Positions 1 to 15,000 of a DNA stretch of 64,000 bases are shown here, in pieces. The DNA lies in NCBI GenBank assembly GCA_964016885.1, contig OZ024743.1, forward strand, positions 249,302,001-249,366,000, in the 5' to 3' direction. The stretch is from Eledone cirrhosa (taxonomy: Eukaryota). Position 1 is the first letter of the stretch; each line of letters starts with the position of its first letter. The translations under genes were made by a program, and so were the position numbers. The notes under the pieces are model-generated. The model worked only from the letters and a program-made list of their open reading frames with translations. It did no database searches and was not told the DNA's origin.

Positions 1-3000
1 AGTAATATGTTAACTACATAGGCAACAGTAATGTGTTAACTATATAGACAACAGTAATGTGTTAACTACATAGACAACATTAACGTGTTAACTACATAGG
101 CAACAGTAATATGTTAAGTACATAGACAACTGTAATGTGTTAACTACATAGACAACAGTAAAGTGTTAACTACATAGACAACAGTAAAGTGTTAACTACA
201 TAGACAACAGTAATGTGTTAACTACATAGACAACAGTAAAGTGTTAACTACATAGACAACAGTAATGTGTTAACTACATAGGCAACAGTAATATGTTAAC
301 TACATAGACAACAGTAAAGTGTTAACTACATAGGCAACAGTAAAGTGTTAACTACATAGGCAACAGTAAAGTGTTAACTACATAGGCAACAGTAAAGTGT
401 TAACTACATAGACAACAGTAATATGTTAACTACATAGGCAACAGTAATATGTTAACTACATAGACAACAGTAATGTGTTAACTACATAGACAACAGTAAT
501 GTGTTAACAACATAGGCAACAGTAATGTGTAAACTACATAGGCAACAGTAAAGTGTTGACTACATAGGCAACAGTAATATGTTAACTACATAGACAACAG
601 TAATATGTTAACTACATAGGCAACAGTAATATGTTAACTACATAGACAACAGTAATGTGTTAACTACATAGACAACAGTAATGTGTTAACTACATAGGCA
701 ACAGTAATGTGTAAACTACATAGGCAACAGTAAAGTGTTGACTACATAGGCAACAGTAATATGTTAACTACATAGGCAACAGTAATATGTTAAGTACGTA
801 GACAATAGTAATGTTTTAACTATATAGGCAACAGTGATATGTTAACTACATAGTCAACAGTGATATGTTAACTACATAGACAACAGTAAAGTGTTAACTA
901 CATAGCCAACAGTAATGTGTTAACTACATAGGCAACAGTAATATGTTAACTACATAGACAACAGTAAAGTGTTAACTACATAGGCAACAGTAAAGTGTTA
1001 ACTACATAGGCAACAGTAAAGTGTTAACTACATAGGCAACAGTAAAGTGTTAACTACATAGACAACAGTAAAGTGTTAACGACATAGGCAACAGTAATGT
1101 GTTAACTATATAGGCAACAGTGATATGTTAACTACATAGGCAACAGTGATATGTTAACTACATAGACAACAGTAATGTGTTAACTAAATAGACAACTGTA
1201 ATATGTTAACTACATACACAACAGTAATATGTTAACTACATAGACAACAGTAATATGTTAACTAGATAGGCAACAGTAATGTGTTAACTACATAGGCAAC
1301 AGTAAAGTGTTAACTACATAGGAAACAGTAATGTGTTAACTACATAGGCAACAGTAATGTGTTATCTACATAGGCTACAGTAATGTGTTAACTACATAGG
1401 CAACAGTAATGTGTTAACTACATAGACAATAGTAATGTGTTAACTACATAGGCAACAGTAAAGTGTTAACTACATAGACAACAGTAAAGTGTTAACTACA
1501 TAGGCAATAGTAATGTGTTAACTATATAGGCATAAGTAATGTGTTAACTACATAGACAACAGTAATATGTTAACTACATAGGCAACAGTAATGTGTTAAC
1601 TACATAGGCAACAGTAAAGTGTTAACTACATAGGAAACAGTAATGTGTTAACTACATAGGCAACAGTAATGTGTTATCTACATAGGCTACAGTAATGTGT
1701 TAACTACATAGGCAACAGTAATGTGTTAACTACATAGACAATAGTAATGTGTTAACTACATAGGCAACAGTAAAGTGTTAACTACATAGACAACAGTAAA
1801 GTGTTAACTACATAGGCAATAGTAATGTGTTAACTACATAGGCAACAGTAATGTGTTAAATACATCGACAACAGTAATCTGTTAACTACATACACAACAG
1901 TAATATGTTAACTACATAGACAACAGTAATATGTTAACTACATAGGCAACAGTAATGTGATGTCTATATAGGCATAAGTAACGTGTTAACTACATAGACA
2001 ACAGTAATATGTTAACTACATAGGAAACAGTAATGTGTTAACTACATCGGCAACAGTAATGTGTTATCTACATAGGCTACAGTAATGTGTTAACTACATA
2101 GGCAACAGCAATGTGTTAACTACATAGACAATAGTAATGTGTTAACTACATAGGCAACAGTAACGTGTTAACTACAGAGACAACAGTAAAGTGTTAACTA
2201 CATAGACAACAGAAATGTGTTAAATACATAGGCAACGGTAATGTGTTAACTACATAGGCAACAGTAATGTGTTATCTACATAGGCAACAGTAATGTGTTA
2301 ACTACATAGACAACAGTAATGTGTTAACTACATAGACAGCAGTAATGTGTTAACTACATAGACAACAGTAAAGTGTTAACTACATAGACAACAGTAATGT
2401 GTTAATTACATAGGCAACAGTAATGTGTTAACTACATAGACAACAGTAATGTGTTAACTACATAGGCAACAGTATTGTGTGAAATACATAGACACCATAA
2501 TATTTTAACTACATAGGCAACAGTAAGGTGTTAACTACATAGACAACATAATATGTTAACTACATAGACAATAGTAATGTGTTAACTACATAGACAATAG
2601 TAACGTGTTAACTACATAGACAACAGTAACGTGTTAACTACATTGGCAACAGTAATGTGTTAACTACATAGACAACAGTAATATGTTAACTACATAGGCA
2701 ACAGTAATGTGTTAACTACATAGGCAACAGTAAAGTGTTAACTACATAGACAACAGAAATATGTTAACTACATAGGCAACAGTAATATGTTAACTACATA
2801 GACAACAGTAATGTGTTAACTACATAGACAACAGTAATGTGTTAACTACATAGGCAACAGTAATGTGTTAACTACATAGGCAACAGTAAAGTGTTGACTA
2901 CATAGGCAACAGTAATATGTTAATTACATAGACAATAGTAATATGTTACCTACATAGAGAACAGTAATGTGTTAAGTACATAGACAACAGTAATGTGTTA

Positions 3001-6000
3001 AGTACATAGACAACAGTAATGTGTTAAGTACATAGACAACAGTAATATGTTAACTATATAGACAACAGTAATGTGTTAACTACAAAGGCAACAGTAATAT
3101 GTTAACTACATTTGACAACAGTAATGTGTTAACTACATAGGCAACAGTAATATATTAACTACATAGACAACAGTAATATGTTAACTACATAGGCAACAGT
3201 AATGTGTTAACTATATGGACAACAGTAATGTGTTAACTACATAGACAACAGTAATGTGTTAACTACATAGGCAACAGTAATATGTTAAATACATAGACAA
3301 CTGTAATGTGTTAACTACATAGACAACAGTAATGTGTTAACTACATAGGCAACAGTAATATGTTAAATACATAGACAACTGTAATGTGTTAACTACATAG
3401 ACAACAGTAAAGTGTTAACTACATAGACAACAGTAAAGTGTTAACTACATAGACAACAGTAAAGTGTTAACTACAGAGACAACAGTAATGTGTTAACTAT
3501 ATAGGCAACAGTGATATGTTAACTACATAGGCAACAGTGATATGTTAACTACATAGACAACAGTAAAGTGTTAACGACATAGACAACAGTAATGTGTTAA
3601 CTATATAGGCAACAGTGATATGTTAACTACATAGGCAACAGTGATATGTTAACTACATAGACAACAGTAATGTGTTAACTACATAGACAACTGTAATATG
3701 TTAACTACATACACAACAGTAATATGTTAACTACATAGACAACAGTAAAGTGTTAACTACATAGGCAATAGTAATGTGTTAACTACATAGGCAACAGTAA
3801 TGTGTTATCTACATAGGCTACAGTAATGTGTTAACTACATAGGCAACAGTAATGTGTTAACTACATAGACAATAGTAATGTGTTAACTACATAGGCAACA
3901 GTAAAGTGTTAACTACATAGACAACAGTAAAGTGTTAACTACATAGACAATAGTAATGTGTTAACTACATAGGCAACAGTAATGTGTTAAATACATAGAC
4001 AACAATAATGTGTTAACTACATAGGCAACAGTAATGTGTTAACTACATAGGCAACAGTAAAGTGTTAACTACAGAGACAACAGTAAAGTCTTAACTACAG
4101 AGACAACAGTAAAGTGTTAACTACATAGACAACAGTAATGTGTTAAATAAATAGGCAACGGTAATGTGTTAACTACATAGGCAACATTAATGTGTTAACT
4201 ACATAGACAACAGTAATGTGTTAACTACATAGACAACAGTAATGTGTTAACTACATAGACAACAGTAATGTGTTAACTACATAGACAACAGTAATGTGTT
4301 AATTACATAGGTAACAGTAATGTGTTAACTACATAGACAACAGTAATGTGTTAACTACATAGGCAACAGTATTGTGTGAAATACATAGACAACATAATAT
4401 GTTAACTACATAGGCAACAGAAATGTGTTAACTACATAGACAACATAATATGTTAACTAAATATACAATAGTAATGTGTTAACTACATAGACAATAGTAA
4501 CGTGGTAACTACATAGACAACAGTAACATGTTAACTACATAGGCAACAGTAATGGTTTAACTACATAGACAACAGTAATATGTTAACTACATAGGCAACA
4601 GTAATATGTTAACTACATAGACAACAGTAATGTGTTAACTACATAGAAAACAGTAAAGTGTTGACTACATAGGCAACAGTAATATGTTAACTACATAGAC
4701 AACAGTAATATGTTATCTACATAGACAACAGTAATGTGTTAAGTACATAGACAACAGTAATGTGTTAAGTACATAGACAACAGTAATGTGTTAAGTACAT
4801 AGACAACAGTAATATGTTAACTATATAGACAACAGTAATGTGTTAACTACAAAGGCAACAGTAATATGTTAACTACATTTGACAACAGTAATGTGTTAAC
4901 TACATAGGCAACAGTAATATATTAACTACATAGACAACAGTAATATGTTAACTACATAGGCAACAGTAATGTGTTAACTATATGGACAACAGTAATGTGT
5001 TAACTACATAGACAACAGTAATGTGTTAACTACATAGGCAACAGTAATATGTTAAATACATAGACAACTGTAATGTGTTAACTACATAGACAACAGTAAT
5101 GTGTTAACTACATAGGCAACAGTAATATGTTAAATACATAGACAATTGTAATGTGTTAACTACATAGACAACAGTAAAGTGTTAACTACATAGACAACAG
5201 TAAAGTGTTAACTACATAGACAACAGTAAAGTGTTAACTACATAGACAACAGTAATGTGTTAACTATATAGGCAACAGTGATATGTTAACTACATAGACA
5301 ACAGTAATGTGTTAACTACATAGACAACAGTAATGTGTTAACTACATAGACAACTGTAATATGTTAATTACATACACAACAGTAATATGTTAACTACATA
5401 GACAACAGTAATATGTTATCTACATAGACAACAGTAATGTGTTAAGTACATAGACAACAGTAATGTGTTAAGTACATAGACAACAGTAATATGTTAACTA
5501 TATAAACAACAGTAATGTGTTAACTACATAGGCAACAATAATATGTTAACTACGTAGACAACAGTAATGTGTTAACTATGTAGGCAACAGTAATATGTTA
5601 ACTACATAGACAATAGTAATAAGTTAACTACATAGGCAACAGTAATGTGTTAACTATATAGACAACAGTAATGTGTTAACTACATAGACAACAGTAATGT
5701 GTTAACTACATAGGCAACAGTAATATGTTAAATACATAGACAACTGTAACGTGTTAACTACATAGACAACAGTAATGTGTTAACTACATAGGCAACAGTA
5801 ATATGCTAAATACATAGACAACTGTAATGTGTTAACTACATAGACAACAGTAATGTGTTAACTACATAGGCAACAGTAATATGTTAAATACATAGACAAC
5901 TGTAATGTGTTAACTACATAGACAACAGTAATGGGTTAACTACATAAACAACAGTAAAGTGTTAACTACATAGACAACAGTAATGTGTTAACTACATAGA

Positions 6001-9000
6001 CAACAGTAATGTGTTAACTACATAGACAACTGTAATATGTTAACTACATACACAACAGTAATATGTTAACTACATAGACAACAGTAATATGTTAACTACA
6101 TAGGCAACAGTGATATGTTAACTACATAGACAACAGTAATGTGTTAACTACATAGACAACTGTAATATGTTAACTACATACACAACAGTAATATGTTAAC
6201 TACATAGAAAACAGTAATATGTTAACTACATAGGCAACAGTAATGTGATATCTATATAGGCATAAGTAACGTGTTAACTACATAAACAACAGTAATATGT
6301 TAACTATATAGACAAGAGTAATGTGTTAACTACAAAGGCAACAGTAATATGTTAACTACATAGACAACAGTAATGTGTTAACTACATAGGCAACAGTAAT
6401 ATGTTAACTACGTAGACAATAGTAATGTTTTAACTATATAGACAACAGTAATGTGTTAACTACATAGGCAACAGTAATATGTTAACTATCAAGACAACAG
6501 TAATGTGTTAACTATGTAGGCAACAGTAATATGTTAACTACATAGACAACAGTAATATGTTAACTACATAGACAACAGTAATGTGTTAACTATATAGACA
6601 ACAGTAATGTGTTAACTACATAGACAACAGCAACGTGTTAACTACATAGGCAACAGTAATATGTTAACTACATAGACAACTGTAATGTGTTAACTACATA
6701 GACAACAGTAATGTGTTAACTACATAGGCAACAGTAATATGTTAAATACATAGACAACTGTAATGTGTTAACTACATAGACAACAGTAAAGTGTTAACTA
6801 CATGGACAACAGTAATGTGTTAACTACATAGGCAACAGTAAAGTGTTAACTACATAGACAACAGTAATATGTTAACTACATAGACAACAGTAATATGTTA
6901 ACTACATAGACAACAGTAAAGTGTTAACGACATAGACAACAGTAATGTGTTAACTATATAGGCAACAGTGATATGTTAACTACATAGGCAACAGTGATAT
7001 GTTAACTACATAGACAACAGTAATATGTTAACTACATAGGCAACAGTAATGTGATGTCTATATAGGCATAAGTAATGTGTTAACTACATAGACAACAGTA
7101 ATATGTTAACTACATAGGCAACAGCAATGTGTTAACTACATAGGCAACAGTAAAGTGTTAACTACATAGGCAACAGTAATGTGTTAACTACATAGGCAAC
7201 AGTAATGTGTTATCTACATAGGCTACAGTAATGTGTTAACTACGTAGGCAACAGTTATGTGTTAACTACATAGACAATAGTCATGTGTTAACTACATAGG
7301 CAACAGTAAAGTGTTAACTACACAGACAACAGTAAAGTGTTAACTACATAGACAATAGTAATGTGTTAACTACATAGGCAACAGTAATGTGTTAAATACA
7401 TAGACAACAGTAATGTGTTAACTACATAGGCAACAGTAATGTGTTAACTACATAGGCAACAGTAATGTGTTAACTACATAGGCAACAGTAATGTGTTAAC
7501 TACATAGACAATAGTAATGTGTTAACTACATAGACAACAGTAAAGTGTTAACTACATAGACAACAGTAAAGTGTTAACTACATAGGCAACAGTAATGTGT
7601 TAACTTCATAGACAACAGTAAAGTGTTAACTACATAGACAACAGTAAAGTGTTAACTACATAGACAACAGTAATGTGTTAACTACATAGACAACAGTAAA
7701 GTGTTAACTTCATAGACAACGGTAATGTGTTAACTACATAGGCAACAGTATTGTGTGAAATACATAGACAACATAATATCTTAACTACATAGGCAACAGT
7801 AATGTGTTAACTACATAGACAATAGTAATGTGTTAACTACATAGACAACAGTAATGTGTTAACTACATAGGCAACAGTAATGTGTTAACTACATAGACAA
7901 CAGTAATATGTTAACTACATAGGCAACAGTAATGTGTTAACTACATAGGCAACAGTAAAGTGTTAACTACATAGGCAACAGTAATGTGTTAACTACATAG
8001 GCAACAGTAATGTGTTATCTACATAGCCTACAGTAATGTGTTAACTACATAGGCAACAGTAATGTGTTAACTACATAGACAATAGTAACGTGTTAACTAC
8101 ATAGCCAACAGTAAAGTGTTAACTACATAGACAACAGTAAAGTGTTAACTACATAGACAATAGTAATGTGTTAACTACATAGGCAACAGTAATGTGTTAA
8201 ATACATAGACAACAGTAATGTGTTAACTACATAGGCAACAGTAATGTGTTAACTACATAGGCAACAGTAAAGTGTTAACTATATAGACAACAGTAAAGTG
8301 TTAACTACATAGGCAACAGTAATGTGTTAACTACATAGACAACAGTAAAGTGTTAACTACATAGACAACAGTAAAGTGTTAACTACATAGACAACAGTAA
8401 TGTGTTAACTACATCGACAACAGTAAAGTGTTAACTACATAGACAACAGTAAAGTGTTAACTACATAGACAACAGTAATGTGTTAACTACATAGGCAACG
8501 GTAATGTGTTAACTACATAGGCAACAGTAATGTGTTAACTACATAGACAACAGTAATGTGTTAACTACATAGGCAACAGTAATGTGTTAACTTCATAGAC
8601 AACAGTAATGTGTTAACTACATAGACAACAGTAAAGTATTAACTACATAGACAACAGTAATGTGTTAACTACATAGGCAACAGTATTGTGTGAAATACAT
8701 AGACAACATAATATGTTAACTACATAGGCAACAGTAATATGTTAACTACATAGACAACAGTAATGTGTTAACTACATAGGCAACAATAATATGTTAACTA
8801 CGTAGACAATAGTAATGTTTTAACTATATAGACAACAGTAATGTGTTAACTACATAGGCAACAGTAATATGTTAACTACGTAGACAACAGTAATGTGTTA
8901 ACTATGTAGGCAACAGTAATATGTTAACTACATAGACAATAGTAATATGTTAACTACATAGGCAACAGTAATGTGTTAACTATATAGACAACAGTAATGT

Positions 9001-12000
9001 GTTAACTACATAGACAACAGTAATGTGTTAACTACATAGGCAACAGTAATATGTTAAATACATAGACAACTGTAACGTGTTAACTACATAGACAACAGTA
9101 ATGTGTTAACTACATAGGCACAAGTAATGTGCTAAATACATAGAAAACTGTAATGTGTTAACTACATAGACAACAGTAATGTGTTAACTACATAGGCAAC
9201 AGTAATATGTTAAATACATAGACAACTGTAATGTGTTAACTACATAGACAACAGTAAAGTGTTAACTACATAGACAACAGTAAAGTGTTAACTACATAGA
9301 CAACAGTAATGTGTTAACTACATAGACAACAGTAATGTGTTAACTACATAGACAACAGTAATGTGTTAACTACATAGGCAACAGTAATATGTTAACTACA
9401 TAGACAATAGTAAAGTGTTAACTACATAGGCAACAGTAAAGTGTTAACTACATAGGCAACAGTAAAGTGTTAACTACATAGGCAACAGTAAAGTGTTAAC
9501 TACATAGACAACAGTAATATGTTAACTACATAGGCAACAGTAATATGTTAACTACATAGACAACAGTAATGTGTTAACTACATAGACAACAGTAATGTGT
9601 TAACTACATAGGCAACAGTAAAGTGTTGACTACAAAGGCAATAGTAATATGTTAACTACATAGACAACAGTAATATGTTACCTACATAGACAACAGTAAT
9701 GTGTTAAGTACATAGACAGCAGTAATGTGTTAAGTACATAGACAACAGTAATGTGTTAAGTACATAGACAACAGTAATATGTTAACTATATAGACAAGAG
9801 TAATGTGTTAACTACAAAGGCAACAGTAATATGTTAACTATATAGGCAACAGTGATATGTTAACTACATAGGCAACAGTGATATGTTAACTACATAGACA
9901 ACAGTAACGTGTTAACTAAATAGACAACTGTAATATGTTAACTACATACACAACAGTAATATGTTAACTACATAGACAACAGTAATATGTTAACTACATA
10001 GGCAACAGTAATGTGATGTTGATGTCTATATAGGCATAAGTAATGTGTTAACTACATAGACAACAGTAATATGTTAACTACATAGGCAACAATAATGTGT
10101 TAACTACATAGGCAACAGTAAAGTGTTAACTACATAGGAAACAGTAATGTGTTAACTACATAGACAACAGTAATATGTTAACTACATAGGCAACAATAAT
10201 GTGTTAACTACATAGGCAACAGTAAAGTGTTAACTACATAGGAAACAGTAATGTGTTTACTACATAGGCAACAGTAATGTGTTATCTACATAGGCTACAG
10301 TAATGTGTTAACTACATAGGCAACAGTAATGTGTTAACTACATAGACAATAGTAATGTGTTAACTACATAGGCAACAGTAAAGTGTTAACTACATAGACA
10401 ACAGTAAAGTGTTAACTACATAGGCAATAGTAATGTGTTAACTACATAGGCAACAGTAATGTGTTAAATACATCGACAACAGTAATGTGTTAACTACATA
10501 GGCAACAGTAATGTGTTAACTACATAGGCAACAGTAAAGTGTTAACTACAGAGACAACAGTAAAGTGTTAACTACATAGACAACAGTAATGTGTTAAATA
10601 CATAGGCAACGGTAATGTGTTAACTACATAGGCAACAGTAATGTGTTAACTACATAGGCAACAGTAATGTGTTAACTACATAGACAACAGTAATGTGTTA
10701 ACTACATAGACAGCAGTAATGTGTTAACTACATAGACAACAGTAAAGTGTTAACTACATAGACAACTGTAATGTGTTAATTACATAGGCAACAGTAATGT
10801 GTTAACTACATAGACAACAGTAATGTGTTAACTACATAGGCAACAGTATTGTGTGAAATAAATAGACAACATAATATGTTAACTACATAGGCAACAGTAA
10901 TGTGTTAACTACATAGACAACAGTAAAGTGTTAACTACATAGACAATAGTAATGTGTTAACTACATAGACAATAGTAACGTTTTAACTACATAGACAACA
11001 GTAATATGTTAACTACATAGGCAACAGTAATGTGTTAACTACATAGGCAACAGTAATGTGTTAACTACATAGGCAACAGTAATGTGTTAACTACATAGGC
11101 AACAGTAAAGTGTTAACTACATAGGCAACAGTAAAGTGTTAACTACATAGACAACAGTAATGTGTTAACTACATAGACAACAGTAATGTGTTAACTACAT
11201 AGGCAACAATAATATGTTAACTACGTAGACAATAGTAATGTTTTAACTATATAGACAACAGTAATGTGTTAACTACATAGGGAACAGTAATATGTTAACT
11301 ACGTAGACAACAGTAATGTGTTAACTATGTAGGCAACAGTAATATGTTAACTACATAGACAATAGTAATATGTTAACTACATAGGCAACAGTAATGTGTT
11401 AACTATATAGACAACAGTAATGTGTTAACTACATAGACAACAGTAATGTGTTAACTACATAGGCAACAGTAATATGTTAAATACATAGACAACTGTAACG
11501 TGTTAACTACATAGACAACAGTAATGTGTTAACTACATAGGCAACAGTAATGTGCTAAATACATAGACAACTGTAATGTGTTAACTACATAGACAACAGT
11601 AATGTGTTAACTACATAGGCAACAGTAATATGTTAAATACATAGACAACTGTAATGTGTTAACTACATAGACAACAGTAAAGTGTTAACTACATAGACAA
11701 CAGTAAAGTGTTAACTACATAGACAACAGTAATGTGTTAACTACATAGACAACAGTAAAGTGTTAACTACATAGACAACAGTAATGTGTTAACTACATAG
11801 GCAACAGTAATATGTTAACTACATAGACAATAGTAAAGTGTTAACTACATAGGCAACAGTAAAGTGTTAACTACATAGGCAACAGTAAAGTGTTAACTAC
11901 ATAGGCAACAGTAAAGTGTTAACTACATAGACAACAGTAATATGTTAACTACATAGGCAACAGTAATATGTTAACTACATAGACAACAGTAATGTGTTAA

Positions 12001-15000
12001 CTACATAGACAACAGTAATGTGTTAACTACATAGGCAACAGTAAAGTGTTGACTACATAGGCAATAGTAATATGTTAACTACATAGACAACAGTAATATG
12101 TTACCTACATAGACAACAGTAATGTGTTAAGTACATAGACAACAGTAATGTGTTAAGTACATAGACAACAGTAATGTGTTAAGTACATAGACAACAGTAA
12201 TATGTTAACTATATAGACAAGAGTAATGTGTTAACTACAAAGGCAACAGTAATATGTTAACTATATAGGCAACAGTGATATGTTAACTACATAGGCAACA
12301 GTGATATGTTAACTACATAGACAACAGTAACGTGTTAACTAAATAGACAACTGTAATATGTTATCTACATACACAACAGTAATATGTTAACTACATAGAC
12401 AACAGTAATATGTTAACTACATAGGCAACAGTAATGTGATGTCTATATAGGCATAAGTAATGTGTTAACTACATAGACAACAGTAATATGTTAACTACAT
12501 AGGCAACAATAATGTGTTAACTACATAGGCAACAGTAAAGTGTTAACTACATAGGAAACAGAAATGTGTTAACTACATAGGCAACAGTAATGTGTTATCT
12601 ACATAGGCTACAGTAATGTGTTAACTACATAGGCAACAGTAATGTGTTAACTACATAGACAATAGTAATGTGTTAACTACATAGGCAACAGTAAAGTGTT
12701 AACTACAGAGACAACAGTAAAGTGTTAACTACATAGACAACAGTAATGTGTTAAATACATAGGCAACGGTAATGTGTTAACTACATAGGCAACAGTAATG
12801 TGTTAACTACATAGGCAACAGTAATGTGTTAACTACATAGGCAACAGTAATGTGTTAACTACATAGACAACAGTAATGTGTTAACTACATAGACAGCAGT
12901 AATGTGTTAACTACATAGACAACAGTAAAGTGTTAACTACATAGACAACTTTAATGTGTTAATTACATAGGCAACAGTAATGTGTTAACTACATAGGCAA
13001 CAGTATTGTGTGAAATAAATAGACAACATAATATGTTAACTACATAGGCAACAGTAATGTGTTAACTACATAGACAACAGTAAAGTGTTAACTACATAGA
13101 CAATAGTAATGTGTTAACTACATAGACAATAGTAACGTTTTAACTACATAGACAACAGTAATATGTTAACTACATAGGCAACAGTAATGTGTTAACTACA
13201 TAGGCAACAGTAAAGTGTTAACTACATAGGCAACAGTAAAGTGTTAACTACATAGACAACAGTAATGTGTTAACTACATAGACAACAGTAATGTGTTAAC
13301 TACATAGGCAACAGTAATGTGTTAACTACATAGGCAACAGTAAAGTGTTAACTACATAGGCAACAGTAAAGTGTTGACTACATAGGCAACAGTAATATGT
13401 TAATTACATAGACAACAGTAATATGTTACCTACATAGAGAACAGTAATGTGTTAAGTACATACACAACAGTTATGTGTTAAGTACATAGGCAACAGTAAA
13501 GTGTTAACTACATAGGCAACAGTAAAGTGTTAACTACATAGACAACAGTAATATGTTAACTACATAGGCAACAGTAATATGTTAACTACATAGACAACAG
13601 TAATGTGTTAACTACTTAGACAACAGTAATGTGTTAACTACATAGGCAACAGTAATGTGTAAACTACATAGGCAACAGTAAAGTGTTGACTACATAGGCA
13701 ACAGTAATGTGTTAACTACATAGACAACAGTAATATGTTACCTACATAGACAACAGTAATGTGTTAAGTACATAGACAACAGTAATGTGTTAAGTACATA
13801 GACAACAGTAATGTGTTAAGTACATAGACAAGAGTAATATGTTAACTATATAGACAAGAGTAATGTGTTAACTACAAAGGCAACAGTAATATGTTAACTA
13901 CATAGGCAACTGTAATGTGTTAACTACATAGGCAACAGTAATATGTTAAGTACGTAGACAATAGTAATGTTTTAACTATATAGACAACAGTAATGTGTTA
14001 ACTACATAGGCAACAGTAATATGTTAACTACATAGACAACAGTAATGTGTTAACTATGTAGGCAACAGTAATATGTTAACTACATAGGCAACAGTAATAT
14101 GTTAACTACATAGGCAACAGTAATGTGTTAACTATATATACAACAGTAATGTGTTAACTACATAGACAACAGTAACATGTTAACTACATAGGCAACAGTA
14201 ATATGTTAAGTACATAGACAACTGTAATGTGTTAACTACATAGAAAATAGTAATGTGTTAACTACATAGACAACAGTAATATGTTAACTACATAGGCAAC
14301 AGTAATGTGTTAACTACATAGGCAACAGTAAAGTGTTATCTACATAGGCAACAGTAAAGTGTTAACTACATAGACAACAGTAATGTGTTAACTACATAGA
14401 CAACAGTAATGTGTTAACTACATAGGCAACAGTAATGTGTTAACTACATACGCAACAGTAAAGTGTTGACTACATAGGCAACAGTAAAGTGTTGACTACA
14501 TAGGCAACAGTAATATGTTAATTACATAGACAACAGTAATATGTTACCTACATAGAGAACAGTAATGTGTTAAGTACATACACAACAGTTATGTGTTAAG
14601 TACATAGGCAACAGTAAAGTGTTAACTACATAGGCAACAGTAAAGTGTTAACTACATGGACAACAGTAATATGTTAACTACATAGGCAACAGTAATATGT
14701 TAACTACATAGACAACAGTAATGTGTTAACTACATAGACAACAGTAATGTGTTAACTACATAGGCAACAGTAATGTGTAAACTACATAGGCAACAGTAAA
14801 GTGTTGACTACATAGGCAACAGTAATATGTTAACGACATAGACAACAGTAATATGTTACTTACATAGACAACAGTAATGTGTTAAGTACATAGACAACAG
14901 TAATGTGTTAAGTACATAGACAACAGTAATGTGTTAAGTACATAGACAACAGTAATATGTTAACTATATAGACAAGAGTAATGTGTTAACTACAAAGGCA